Assembly (NCBI GenBank): GCA_040754875.1
Contig: JBFMBT010000002.1
Span: 1 to 50,165, forward strand
DNA from: Verrucomicrobiota bacterium
GTDB lineage: Bacteria; Verrucomicrobiota; Verrucomicrobiia; Limisphaerales; JBFMBT01
Length of the DNA stretch: 50,165 nucleotides
Direction: 5' to 3'
How positions within the stretch are numbered: the first letter of the stretch is position 1; the number at the start of each line of letters is the position of its first letter. Shown piece by piece: positions 7,691 through 15,480 of this stretch. Made by a program: the position numbers and the translations under genes. The notes under the pieces were generated by a model, which did no database searches, was not told the origin of the DNA, and worked only from the letters and a program-made list of their open reading frames with translations.

Positions 7691-8660
7691 CCGCGACGCG
7701 TCGTTTCTCACCATCCAGCTCGTACTTACGTTCCGCCCGGAAGCAATATGCCCGCCCTGTTCCATCCGGGTTGGCCAGCGCTCCCGTGAACGCCGCCAGC
7801 GCAATCTTGAGTTCGATCTTGGGGCGCGTGAATTCGCCAAAGAGTTGAATGCGCGGCAGACGCGCAAGCGAGGCGCGCGCATCCGCCCACATCGGCTCGG
7901 TGGTCATCACGTGGGTGGCCCCGCAGCGCACCGCGTGTTGCGTCAATTCGGCGTCGTAGTTGCCGTTGGGAAAGGCGAAAGCATCGCATCGGCTCCCCAG
8001 TTCGGAACTCACCTTGGCCAGGCTTTCTTCAATCTCCGCCAAGGCCGTTGCTTTCGACTCGCGAGTCAGAATCGCGTGGGTCCGGCCGTGGGCGCCGAAG
8101 GTGAAACCGCGTCGGTGCAGGTCGCGCGCCTCATCCCATGACATCGGCTGCGCATCGTCATCCGCAACCTCCCTGGCCGGCGGCAATCCCCAGCGGGCAC
8201 AAGCGCGCTCCAGCCGGTCCGTCAGCTCCGCAAAGGGAAGTCGCTTGAGCGTCTTCACCTCGAGCCCGGCCGGGCAATAACCCAGCGCTCTGACCAGTTG
8301 GTTGCGCCGGTCGAACCAGAAACACCGGCCACTTGACAGCGGGTCGGTCGTGACGTTGAAGACCGCCGGCACTCGCCGGCGTTCCAGTTCCGGCGCCACG
8401 CGAGTGAAATGGCTGCGCTTGCCGTCATCGAAGGTCAACAGGCAGAACGGCCGCCGTCCTGGGCTGCGCAGGCGCTGCGGCAGTTCATCCAGGCGGATGA
8501 AGTCAAACCACCGCGCCAGCACCTCGACATGCCGGCGTGTTTGTTCCGCCGTGAGTGTGTGTTCATTGATGATCACTCCCCCGCCCCTGGCCCGCCGGAC
8601 CAGTGCCAGCAAACAAGATGTTGCCAATTCAAGCATCGACGTTCTCTCGTGCCAATTCAT
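7686..8660 (-). CDS. Polysaccharide deacetylase (NodB/CE4 family)
   Basis: Motifs: LLTFDDGKRSH, FGAHGRTH and FAFPNGNY. The track ORF starts at 8723, but its first 21 codons (..IRVHPYPSVVQ) are repeat sequence. Start candidates are ATG 8660 and ATG 8636. Confidence 0.85.
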   Translation of the reverse strand: MNWHERTSMLELATSCLLALVRRARGGGVIINEHTLTAEQTRRHVEVLARWFDFIRLDELPQRLRSPGRRPFCLLTFDDGKRSHFTRVAPELERRRVPAVFNVTTDPLSSGRCFWFDRRNQLVRALGYCPAGLEVKTLKRLPFAELTDRLERACARWGLPPAREVADDDAQPMSWDEARDLHRRGFTFGAHGRTHAILTRESKATALAEIEESLAKVSSELGSRCDAFAFPNGNYDAELTQHAVRCGATHVMTTEPMWADARASLARLPRIQLFGEFTRPKIELKIALAAFTGALANPDGTGRAYCFRAERKYELDGEKRRVAA

Positions 8661-8720
8661 TTGGACCACGGATGGATACGGATGAACACGGATGGGGAGA
8701 GAATCGCTCCGTGCGCATCG

Positions 8721-9035
8721 CAATCACCCAACGCCATCCCCTCCTGGGAGGGGCAAGGGGTGGGTTCATCGCGGGCCTTAGGCATGATTCTCGCCCAACG
8801 CGGGAACAGTTCCTCCCTCTCCCGTCAACAAGAGGGACCGAGGGTGAGGGGTGGTTATAGCAAAACGCATTCGGCCTTCTCCCAACGCCATCCCCTCCCG
8901 GGAGGGGCAAGGGGTGGGTTCTCCGCGAGCCATGCGCCTCATCCTCGCCAAGCGCAGCAAACGATTCTCCCTCTCCCCAAGGGTGAGGGGGAAGGAAGCG
9001 TCATTCTCTCCACGATTCAAAAACCTGATTCACGG
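8721..9035. repeat. Cluster of alternating REP-like repeats (families A and B) filling an intergenic gap
   Basis: Family B (CCATCCCCTCC-TGG-GAGGGGCAAGGGGTGGGTT) occurs at ~8729-8770 and ~8881-8925. An A-variant (CCCTCTCCCGTCAACAAGAGGGACCGAGGGTGAGGGGTGGTTA) is at ~8813-8855. A shortened family A copy is at ~8965-9035. Confidence 0.85.
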
Positions 9036-9067
9036 GGATGGTTTTGTATCCGCTTTCTTATCCGTGT

Positions 9068-9892
9068 TTATCCTCGTCCATCCGTGGTTAAAGCCGTGTT
9101 GCGCAGCGCGGGGACCACCCGGCTCCGTTTTCGGCAAAGCATCTCGGCGCGGATCAATTGTGAAATCGTTGGAATCGTGCGCACCGGTCCGGGAGTAAAT
9201 TCCTTCGGCGTAACGGCGCCAGCACGCAGTCCGCTCAACACTTCGGCAAACAGGTCCGTCATCCTGACCCGCCCTTCTTCCATCGTGGCGCGCATGGTGG
9301 CCCCGATGCCGCCGCAATAAATAATCTCTTGCAGCCGTTGTCCGTAAATCGGACCCGCGTCCAGCCGGGCAATGACCTGATGAACGGTCAGGCAGATGTG
9401 CCGGTTCCCATTCAATACTTCCCAAATCACCGGCGGGCGGCCTCGCACGAACGCGGGATCGGAGGCGTGCCCGTTCAAAATCAGATGGCCCAGTTCCTGG
9501 ATCGTGCGCTGGCTGAGAATCCGCGCGCCCAGCAGACAGCTTGCATCCGCGCCACACGCGCGCACGGCCTTCACCGTTTCCGCGGAATTGAGTGACGAAA
9601 CACGAAAGCACGGAACGGTTTCGGGCAAAGCGGCGGATGTGACGGCCCCATTGTGTCGGCTGGTATGCGTCCACAGCCGAAACACCACCGATCGCACCAA
9701 CGCCCCGGCCACCGAAGAACGCGCCACCTTCGCCTGGCCTTTCGCCACGGACAGAACGTGGCGCACGGGATTGGCCCGTCGCGTCCGGTTCTCGTCAATC
9801 ACCACACACACGACTTCAATGCCTTCCTCCCGCAACCGGCTCCCCCATCGCTCGATGAAGAAACCAGCCCACGCGGCCTCCGCCGTTAACAA
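9068..9892 (-). CDS. Formyltransferase-family protein (Fmt/PurN-like fold)
   Basis: NGHASDPAFVRGRPPVIWEVLNGNRHICLTVHQVIARLDAGPIYGQ matches the N.H.S.LP..RG..P..W.....G.T.H..D.G.I formyl-transferase core. The start is a TTG at 9892. A GTG at 9905 in another frame encodes VKICVV.., so the 5' end is uncertain. The last ~10 codons lie in repeat sequence. Confidence 0.65.
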   Translation of the reverse strand: MLTAEAAWAGFFIERWGSRLREEGIEVVCVVIDENRTRRANPVRHVLSVAKGQAKVARSSVAGALVRSVVFRLWTHTSRHNGAVTSAALPETVPCFRVSSLNSAETVKAVRACGADASCLLGARILSQRTIQELGHLILNGHASDPAFVRGRPPVIWEVLNGNRHICLTVHQVIARLDAGPIYGQRLQEIIYCGGIGATMRATMEEGRVRMTDLFAEVLSGLRAGAVTPKEFTPGPVRTIPTISQLIRAEMLCRKRSRVVPALRNTALTTDGRG

Positions 9893-9949
9893 CGCAAATC
9901 TTCACGGGTATTCCGAGTGTGCAGATCAGTCCGAATTTGCGATATTCGA

Positions 9950-10152
9950 TGCTTCCTCTCCCTCCACAGAGGGACCGATGTGCGGGGTGGTTATACCCGC
10001 GGGCATTGCGATCACCCAATGCCGTTCCCCTCTTGGGAGGGGCCAGGGGTGGGTTCACCGCGTGCCTTGCGTCTCCTTCTCGTCCAACGTGCCAACCGCG
10101 TGCTTCCCTCTCCCCTCAACTGGGAGAGGGACCGAGGGTGAGGGGTGGTACC
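9950..10152. repeat. REP-like repeat cluster (A-variant, family B, A-variant)
   Basis: Sequence reads CCTCTCCCTCCACAGAGGGACCGATGTGCGGGGTGGTTATAC ... CCGTTCCCCTC-TTG-GGAGGGGCCAGGGGTGGGTT ... TCCCTCTCCCCTCAACTGGGAGAGGGACCGAGGGTGAGGGGTGGTAC. It overlaps the last ~32 codons of the GT gene that ends at 10055. Confidence 0.85.
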
Positions 10153-11308
10153 CGGCGCTCGCGCCCAGCGCCATCCGGTACAGCCCACCCAAATACACCG
10201 GCAGCCGCTCAAGGCTATGGTATTCCTCCACATACAGCCGCGCGCGCCGGCCCATTTCCATTCGCAGACCCGGATTCCTCACCAGTTCAGCCAGCGAAGC
10301 GGTGAGGCCATCGAGATCATCCGGCTCGTGCAGAAAGCCGGTTTGCCCGTGCCGCACAATTTCCGGGACGCCGCCGACGCGTGTGGCGACCACGGGAAGC
10401 CTGGAGGCCATCGCTTCGAGCAACACGTTGGGCGTGCCTTCGTAGTCCGACGTCAGCACGCAAACCGCCGCCTCGCGATAAACCGGGGGCATGTCGGACA
10501 CATCGCCTCGAAACTCAACCACGTCCGGCAACAGGCCAAGCCGCTGCGCCTGATTTTCCAATGCCGGTCGCATGTCTTCGTCCAGGCGTCCGGAGCCGAC
10601 GATCATTCCCTTTATGTTCAGTTTGAAATCCGTGTGCAGTCGGTGCACGGCCGATATAAACCGGTCCAGCCGCTTCTCTCTCCCGAAACGTCCCACGGCG
10701 ATGAGCTTGAGCGGCGCCCCGGAGAAACCGTTCGCCCTGTCGCCTGGACCGGAGGAAAGGCTCGAGACATCCGTCGGCTTGAACCGCTCCGTATCCACGA
10801 CATTCGGCAGGAAGTAAAGGCGCCTGGCGGGAATACCCCGGCCTGTCGCGTATTGAATGGCCCGCTGCGAGTTTGCCGCGATGGTGGCGGGCAGGCGCAG
10901 GTTCAGCCAGCCGATGCCGGCCCCGCTCCGCGTTACTTCGCTGAGTCCATTGCTGCGCATGGCGCCGATGCCGCTCAAGCCCAGCAGCCGGGCCGCCGCG
11001 CCCACGTAGGCATTCGCGAAAAAATGCTGGCTTTGCAGCGCGTGCGGCCGGTCCCGGCACGCTTCCTTCAGCACACGCATGAGCCGCTGAATGCGCGAAG
11101 CGGAGTTTCCTATGCACGTGACCCGGACGCCCAACGCCCGGATCTTCTCCTCCCAGAATCCGCCCTGGTCCAGGGAAAGCACCCGCGCAACAGCTCCCGA
11201 CTCGCAAAGCGCGTTGAGGATGTAGAACAATTGACGTTCCGCGCCGCCGGGCGTCAGCGTTCCGGCCAGGAAACACACCTTCAACCCGGAAAGCGTTTGT
11301 GAATCCAT
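10055..11308 (-). CDS. GT-B fold glycosyltransferase (family 4/1 type)
   Basis: EX7E region SDYEGTPNVLLEAMASRLPVVATRVGGVPEIV; N-terminal LKVCFLAGTLTPGGAERQ. The track ORF starts at 11458, but its first 50 codons are family-A repeat (PSPRPSPLGRGR). I trimmed to ATG 11308 (MDSQTLSGLKV..). The C-terminal ~32 aa are repeat-encoded. Confidence 0.85.
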   Translation of the reverse strand: MDSQTLSGLKVCFLAGTLTPGGAERQLFYILNALCESGAVARVLSLDQGGFWEEKIRALGVRVTCIGNSASRIQRLMRVLKEACRDRPHALQSQHFFANAYVGAAARLLGLSGIGAMRSNGLSEVTRSGAGIGWLNLRLPATIAANSQRAIQYATGRGIPARRLYFLPNVVDTERFKPTDVSSLSSGPGDRANGFSGAPLKLIAVGRFGREKRLDRFISAVHRLHTDFKLNIKGMIVGSGRLDEDMRPALENQAQRLGLLPDVVEFRGDVSDMPPVYREAAVCVLTSDYEGTPNVLLEAMASRLPVVATRVGGVPEIVRHGQTGFLHEPDDLDGLTASLAELVRNPGLRMEMGRRARLYVEEYHSLERLPVYLGGLYRMALGASAGYHPSPSVPLPVEGRGKHAVGTLDEKETQGTR

Positions 11309-11404
11309 GAAATTCTCCCGAATACTGCTCCCGACCATATCCGCCGGAAAGCTGTCCTCGCGCGTTGAACCCGTGAACCAAAACCTGCCACCAACGCGGG
11401 GCAG

Positions 11405-11482
11405 GATTCTCCCTCTCCCCAAAGGAGAGGGCCGGGGTGAGGGGGAAGGAAACGTCATATATCTGCGATTTCAAAATGAGTT
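11405..11482. repeat. REP-like palindromic repeat, family A
   Basis: TTCTCCCTCTCCCCAAAGGAGAGGGCCGGGGTGAGGGGGAAGGAAACGTCATATATCTGCGATTTCAAAATGAG, nearly identical to the copies at 7588 and 32659. Confidence 0.85.
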
Positions 11483-11508
11483 AGCTTCAGTCACGCATAA
11501 GCTTGAGT

Positions 11509-12633
11509 TCAGATGAAATCGAAATCGCCCATGACAAAGTAAAAGTCACGCATCTCGAGCCCGCCATTCCGTTGTGAAGCGAACCGGCGCGCACTCCTCG
11601 AATCGAGCAGGAGGCTGCCGGAGGTCTTCTTCAACCAGAACCCCGCATGCTGCGCCGCCCGGTGGTAGAAATTGTCCTGCGAGGCGGTGAAGTGAATCGC
11701 GATGGCATTCATTTGGCGGACCCAGGCGTTCAGCGCCCGGAAGGTTCCGCACGCCAGTTCCATATCCGGTTTGATGAACACATCGAGGACGTGCGCAATC
11801 CCATCCACCATCCGGATCGCGAGGTAGCCCCGAACGCGGCCGCGCCGTTTGATCAAGGCCACGTGATAGTGCCTCACCGGCGAGCCGAAGTATCTCCATT
11901 GAAGAAACTGCGCCCGCCGCCGGGTGAACGCCCCGACGGTCTTCGCAAGCTCGGAGTGAATTCTGACAAAATCGGATCGGAAGCGGCTGACGGGTGTGAG
12001 CAGGATGTCGCCGTCTGCCACCGGCTCTTCGTGCGGGTTGTCGCTGAGGGGCGGGCCTTCATAGCTGTTCAATCCGAGGCGGTGACCAATGTATCGCGCA
12101 TAGCACGGCCAGGAAATCGGTTGCACCAGCGTTTCGCAATTGCCGATGACCTGCAAAAGTCCGGTGCGCTCATAAACGGACAGCGAGCGGCTGTTGGGTA
12201 TCGTAAAAAGCGTAAAGTCGTTGCGCGCGGCCCATTCACAGATCAATCCCACCAGCCGGGTGAAGATGCCGCGGTTGCGGTGCCGCGGATCAACCAGGGC
12301 GTCGCAAAACTCGTAGGCGGTTCGCTCCTCGCCCTGCCAGGAGAGCTTCCATGGAATGGCGGGACGCACGCCCGCCAGTTCACCGCCGGCGTCGAAGGCC
12401 GCCATGATCATGGCGGCGCCGCAAGGGTTGCGATAAAGCCACTCCGCTTCCTCCATTGGCCGGTCGCACCGGAGGCACGCGTTATAAAGGTCGTTGAGCA
12501 GCGGCAACTCGCTCATCGTCAGCCACCGGTAGCTGTAACCGCCGCTGTCCGCAGCGGGTTCTGCGACCGGCGCCAGCTTCGATTCATCCTGAAGGGGCCG
12601 ATGGACGGCAGGCATGGCAGGCCCCCTCATCAT
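11509..12633 (-). CDS. GNAT-family acetyltransferase (long, two-lobed form)
   Basis: 374 aa. Acetyl-CoA-binding-like VDPRHRNRGIFTRLV. The start is uncertain (12633, 12630 or 12615). It overlaps the upstream gene by ~30-50 nt. Confidence 0.65.
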   Translation of the reverse strand: MMRGPAMPAVHRPLQDESKLAPVAEPAADSGGYSYRWLTMSELPLLNDLYNACLRCDRPMEEAEWLYRNPCGAAMIMAAFDAGGELAGVRPAIPWKLSWQGEERTAYEFCDALVDPRHRNRGIFTRLVGLICEWAARNDFTLFTIPNSRSLSVYERTGLLQVIGNCETLVQPISWPCYARYIGHRLGLNSYEGPPLSDNPHEEPVADGDILLTPVSRFRSDFVRIHSELAKTVGAFTRRRAQFLQWRYFGSPVRHYHVALIKRRGRVRGYLAIRMVDGIAHVLDVFIKPDMELACGTFRALNAWVRQMNAIAIHFTASQDNFYHRAAQHAGFWLKKTSGSLLLDSRSARRFASQRNGGLEMRDFYFVMGDFDFI

Positions 12634-13486
12634 GTTTCTGAGCGATGCAGATCACGACATTGGGTCCGATCGGGGGCTGATCGGGCCGTTGGTGGTGAAT
12701 CACATCCCGCAGGCGGAAACCCGCTTCGGCCAGCCGCTCTGTCGCGCCGCGTGACGTATAGCGGTTCTGAATCGGCTGCTGCACGAGCGAGACGCGGAAC
12801 TTGTCCAGGAGCAGGCGCGCGAAACAAATCGGTCGCGGCCGCGGAAATACATATTTGGAAAATTTGGCCGCCACGCGCTCCGCGAGCGAGAGTTCCACGT
12901 GGGTGAGGCTCACGTAGCAGCCGCCGGGCTTGAGGACCCGCCGCACCTCGCGCAGCGCCTCGCCAATGTCGAGAAAATGTTCCATGACCGCGACGCTTGT
13001 GACGACGTCGAAGTACTCGTCCGGAAAGGGCAGGCGCTCGCTCAGGGCAAGGCTGAAGCGGGCCTGCGTTCTGGCCCGGGCCTTGACGATCGCTTCCAGC
13101 GAGAGATCAATGGCGAACTTTTCCCGGCCGCCCAGCGCGGCGAGCAGATACCCTTCGCCGCAACCGATTTCGAGCAGACGGTCGCCGGGAAACCGCTCGA
13201 GCAGAGAAGCGAAATAGCGGATGAATTCGGGGGTTCGGCCCTGGTTCTCCCAGACGTTGGACCGGGTGGCATAAATCGAATCGTAGGCGGCGACGACCGC
13301 CGCCGTGTGCGCGAACTTCGGATCGCCCGACAGCAGGCACGGGACCCCTTCCCGGCAAGGGTATGCGCGTTCGCAAGTGCGGCAGTACAGAAGCTCCAGC
13401 GGCGTCTTGCAGTCGGGACAGACGTACCCGGCATATGCAACCCCGCTCGACGAAGGCCCGATTTGCGGTAGATCACAGGAAATCAT
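12584..13486 (-). CDS. SAM-dependent methyltransferase with N-terminal Trm112-like zinc ribbon
   Basis: CPDC..x12..CRTC zinc-ribbon pattern at the N-terminus. SAM motif I is LLEIGCGEGYLL, followed by VLKPGG. Confidence 0.8.
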   Translation of the reverse strand: MISCDLPQIGPSSSGVAYAGYVCPDCKTPLELLYCRTCERAYPCREGVPCLLSGDPKFAHTAAVVAAYDSIYATRSNVWENQGRTPEFIRYFASLLERFPGDRLLEIGCGEGYLLAALGGREKFAIDLSLEAIVKARARTQARFSLALSERLPFPDEYFDVVTSVAVMEHFLDIGEALREVRRVLKPGGCYVSLTHVELSLAERVAAKFSKYVFPRPRPICFARLLLDKFRVSLVQQPIQNRYTSRGATERLAEAGFRLRDVIHHQRPDQPPIGPNVVICIAQKHDEGACHACRPSAPSG

Positions 13487-13527
13487 AGGAGTTGGACGGC
13501 GATTGGCTGTCGCGGTAGCCTGTGTAA

Positions 13528-13872
13528 ATGCAACTCACCGTTGAAATTCCGGAGAAGCTGGCCAAGGAAGTTGAGCCGGAACGTGAACACTTGGCCGAGA
13601 TTCTGCAACTGGGATTACGCCAGCATCGCGCTGTGGTGTCCGGTCTGCGGCGTGAGTTTCTTGCGTTTCTTGGTCGCGGCCCGAAGCCGGGTGAAATCGT
13701 TGCATTCAGTCCGTCGGAAGCCACCATTGAACGCGCGCGCGAACTGCTTCGACGCAACAAAGCGGGCTCCCTCACAGCCGACGAAGAGGTGGAAATGGAC
13801 GACATCGCCGAACTGGACCACGTAATCACCCAGGTCAAGGCCCAGGCGCGGATGCATCTGCGCGCCGCATGA
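13528..13872 (+). CDS. Small hypothetical protein (antitoxin-like helical protein), translationally coupled to an HNH-gene remnant
   Basis: 114 aa (MQLTVEIPEKLAKEVEPEREHLAEILQLGL...RNKAGSLTADEEVEMDDIAELDHVITQVKAQA). This is the only plus-strand ORF inside the locus that is not a shadow of a minus-strand gene. Its stop overlaps the next ATG (ATGA at 13869-13872). Confidence 0.5.
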   Translation: MQLTVEIPEKLAKEVEPEREHLAEILQLGLRQHRAVVSGLRREFLAFLGRGPKPGEIVAFSPSEATIERARELLRRNKAGSLTADEEVEMDDIAELDHVITQVKAQARMHLRAA

Positions 13873-13979
13873 GCGCGCAATGGATTCCTGTCGCGCTCCG
13901 AATCGAAGTCCAACAGCGCGCCGTCAGTCGATGCGAATACTGCCGATTGCTTGCGCTGGCAGGGCGTTATCCAGGTTGA
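13869..13979 (+). pseudogene. 5' stub (36 codons) of an HNH endonuclease gene
   Basis: Hand translation gives MSAQWIPVALRIEVQQRAVSRCEYCRLLALAGRYPG*. The 'IP..LR..V..RA..RCEYC' pattern is the usual N-terminus of small HNH nucleases. The His-Asn-His part is missing. The reading frame ends 12 nt before the 3' end of the convergent GT gene. Confidence 0.5.
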
Positions 13980-13990
13980 ACCGGGGCGCT

Positions 13991-15211
13991 TCACGTAGTC
14001 AGCCTTTCCGCAAGCGTCGCACCGCAGGGCTTCTCCGCTTTGCGGACGCCAACGTCGCTTTCCAGAAGTTCAAGCAGATCGCCCCTCCGCTGCCGCGCGG
14101 CAAAATCGTGAAAGATTCCCACCAGCCGGTCCGCCAGCGCTTGGACGTTATACTCCTGCTCGACGCGCTTGCGACCCGCTTCGCCAAACTCCCTTCGCAG
14201 TGCAGGCGATTGCGCCAGCCGCACCATGTGCGCCGCCATGCCACGCGCGTCGTCCGGTGGCGCGACAAAACCCGTTCGACCGTGTTGCACCACCACGCCG
14301 GCGTCTCCGGCCGGAGTGGTGACGACCGGGAGCCGCGCCGCCATTGCTTCGAGCACGACATTCGGCAGCCCCTCGTAATCCGAAGTGAGCACCAGCATCG
14401 CGCTCCGGGCAAGCAGGGCGGGAACACGATCGCATTCACCCAGGAAAATCAAATCGGGCGGCATCAGGCCCAACGCCTTCGCCCGCGCTTCCAACCCCGC
14501 TCGTTCTCCGTAATCGGCCCCGGCGATGACCCCCGCCAGCGCCGGTTCATCGCGTCGCGCCAGGGCCAGTGCTTCCAGAAATCGATCGAAACGTTTGCAT
14601 GGCTGAAGACTGCCCACCGCCGCCGCGATGACCCGGTCAGCCGGCAGAGAACCATTAAACGCCAGCGCGCTCCGGGCATCAAAATCCCGCAGGTCGATCA
14701 GGTTCGGCAGGACTTCCATCTTCCGAAGATTGACGCGCTGGGAGGCCAGAACTTCCCGCGCGTGATGGGAACTGGTGACGAGCCCATGGGCCAACAGCAC
14801 CAGGAGTCGGCTCAAGCGGCCATAAGTGCGGAGTTCGAACCAGCCGTCGCTTTGCACACATCCCAGCGTCAACGCGCGACAGAGTCGGCCCGCGATTCCG
14901 GCGAATTGCAGGTCGCCGAACTGGCCGGCCAGAACCACCTGGGGCCGCCACCGCCGCAAGTCCGCGATCAACGTTAACAGCATTTTCCACGAGCCATTTG
15001 GAAAATAAATCGAATGCACGGGAACCTTCATTTCCCGCAACGCCGGCTCGTAATGCCCGCCGCTGCCAAGGTAAAATATCTGCAAGTCCACTCCGGCACC
15101 CAGCAGGGCCCGCGCAATGGACACGACCTGCTTCTCGCCCCCGCCCCGCCGCAAGCTCGTGGCGATCAATGCCACGCGCAGGTGATTCAATGGAGAGTTC
15201 ATGGGAGGCAT
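13991..15211 (-). CDS. GT-B fold glycosyltransferase (family 4/1 type)
   Basis: SDYEGLPNVVLEAMAARLPVVTTPAGDAGVVV; N-terminal LRVALIATSLRRGGGEKQ. The track ORF starts at 15358, but its first 49 codons are repeat sequence (MQPRWGWECLRTRTQG..). I trimmed to ATG 15211; 15202 is also possible. Confidence 0.85.
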   Translation of the reverse strand: MPPMNSPLNHLRVALIATSLRRGGGEKQVVSIARALLGAGVDLQIFYLGSGGHYEPALREMKVPVHSIYFPNGSWKMLLTLIADLRRWRPQVVLAGQFGDLQFAGIAGRLCRALTLGCVQSDGWFELRTYGRLSRLLVLLAHGLVTSSHHAREVLASQRVNLRKMEVLPNLIDLRDFDARSALAFNGSLPADRVIAAAVGSLQPCKRFDRFLEALALARRDEPALAGVIAGADYGERAGLEARAKALGLMPPDLIFLGECDRVPALLARSAMLVLTSDYEGLPNVVLEAMAARLPVVTTPAGDAGVVVQHGRTGFVAPPDDARGMAAHMVRLAQSPALRREFGEAGRKRVEQEYNVQALADRLVGIFHDFAARQRRGDLLELLESDVGVRKAEKPCGATLAERLTT

Positions 15212-15240
15212 TGAACCGTTAAAAGGGTTGAACGTTGCAA

Positions 15241-15480
15241 CGACATGGCAGTGGCGTGCGTCAATCCCGAAGGGATTGCATCCCTCAGCCCAGGGTTGGC
15301 GCTGGCGCCTACCCTGGGTGCGCGTCCTCAAGCATTCCCAACCCCAACGGGGTTGCATCCTCGCGCTGCCGGTTTGGGGACATCGTGCTCCAACCCCTTC
15401 AGGGTTGGCTCTGCTTCGGTCGCTTGACCCAGGGTAGCTCGCAGGCTCGCAACCCTGGGCTTTGAGACGGAATCCCGTTG
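15241..15480. repeat. Cluster of short hairpin repeats (AATCCC-GAA-GGGATT, CAACCCC-AAC-GGGGTTG, CCAACCC-CTTC-AGGGTTGG, GAATCCC-GTT-GGGATTC types)
   Basis: Read directly from the sequence. It occupies the whole gap between the GT start (15211) and the conserved part of the epimerase, and it encodes the last ~50 codons of the epimerase ORF. Confidence 0.8.

Noticed and set aside
8721-9035. Possible CRISPR array, because several ~40-nt palindromic repeats cluster here.
   Set aside because: The repeats belong to two different alternating families and vary in length and spacing. They also occur singly in other gaps (7588, 11405, 32659). There is no constant repeat/spacer periodicity and no cas gene, so they are REP/MITE-like elements.
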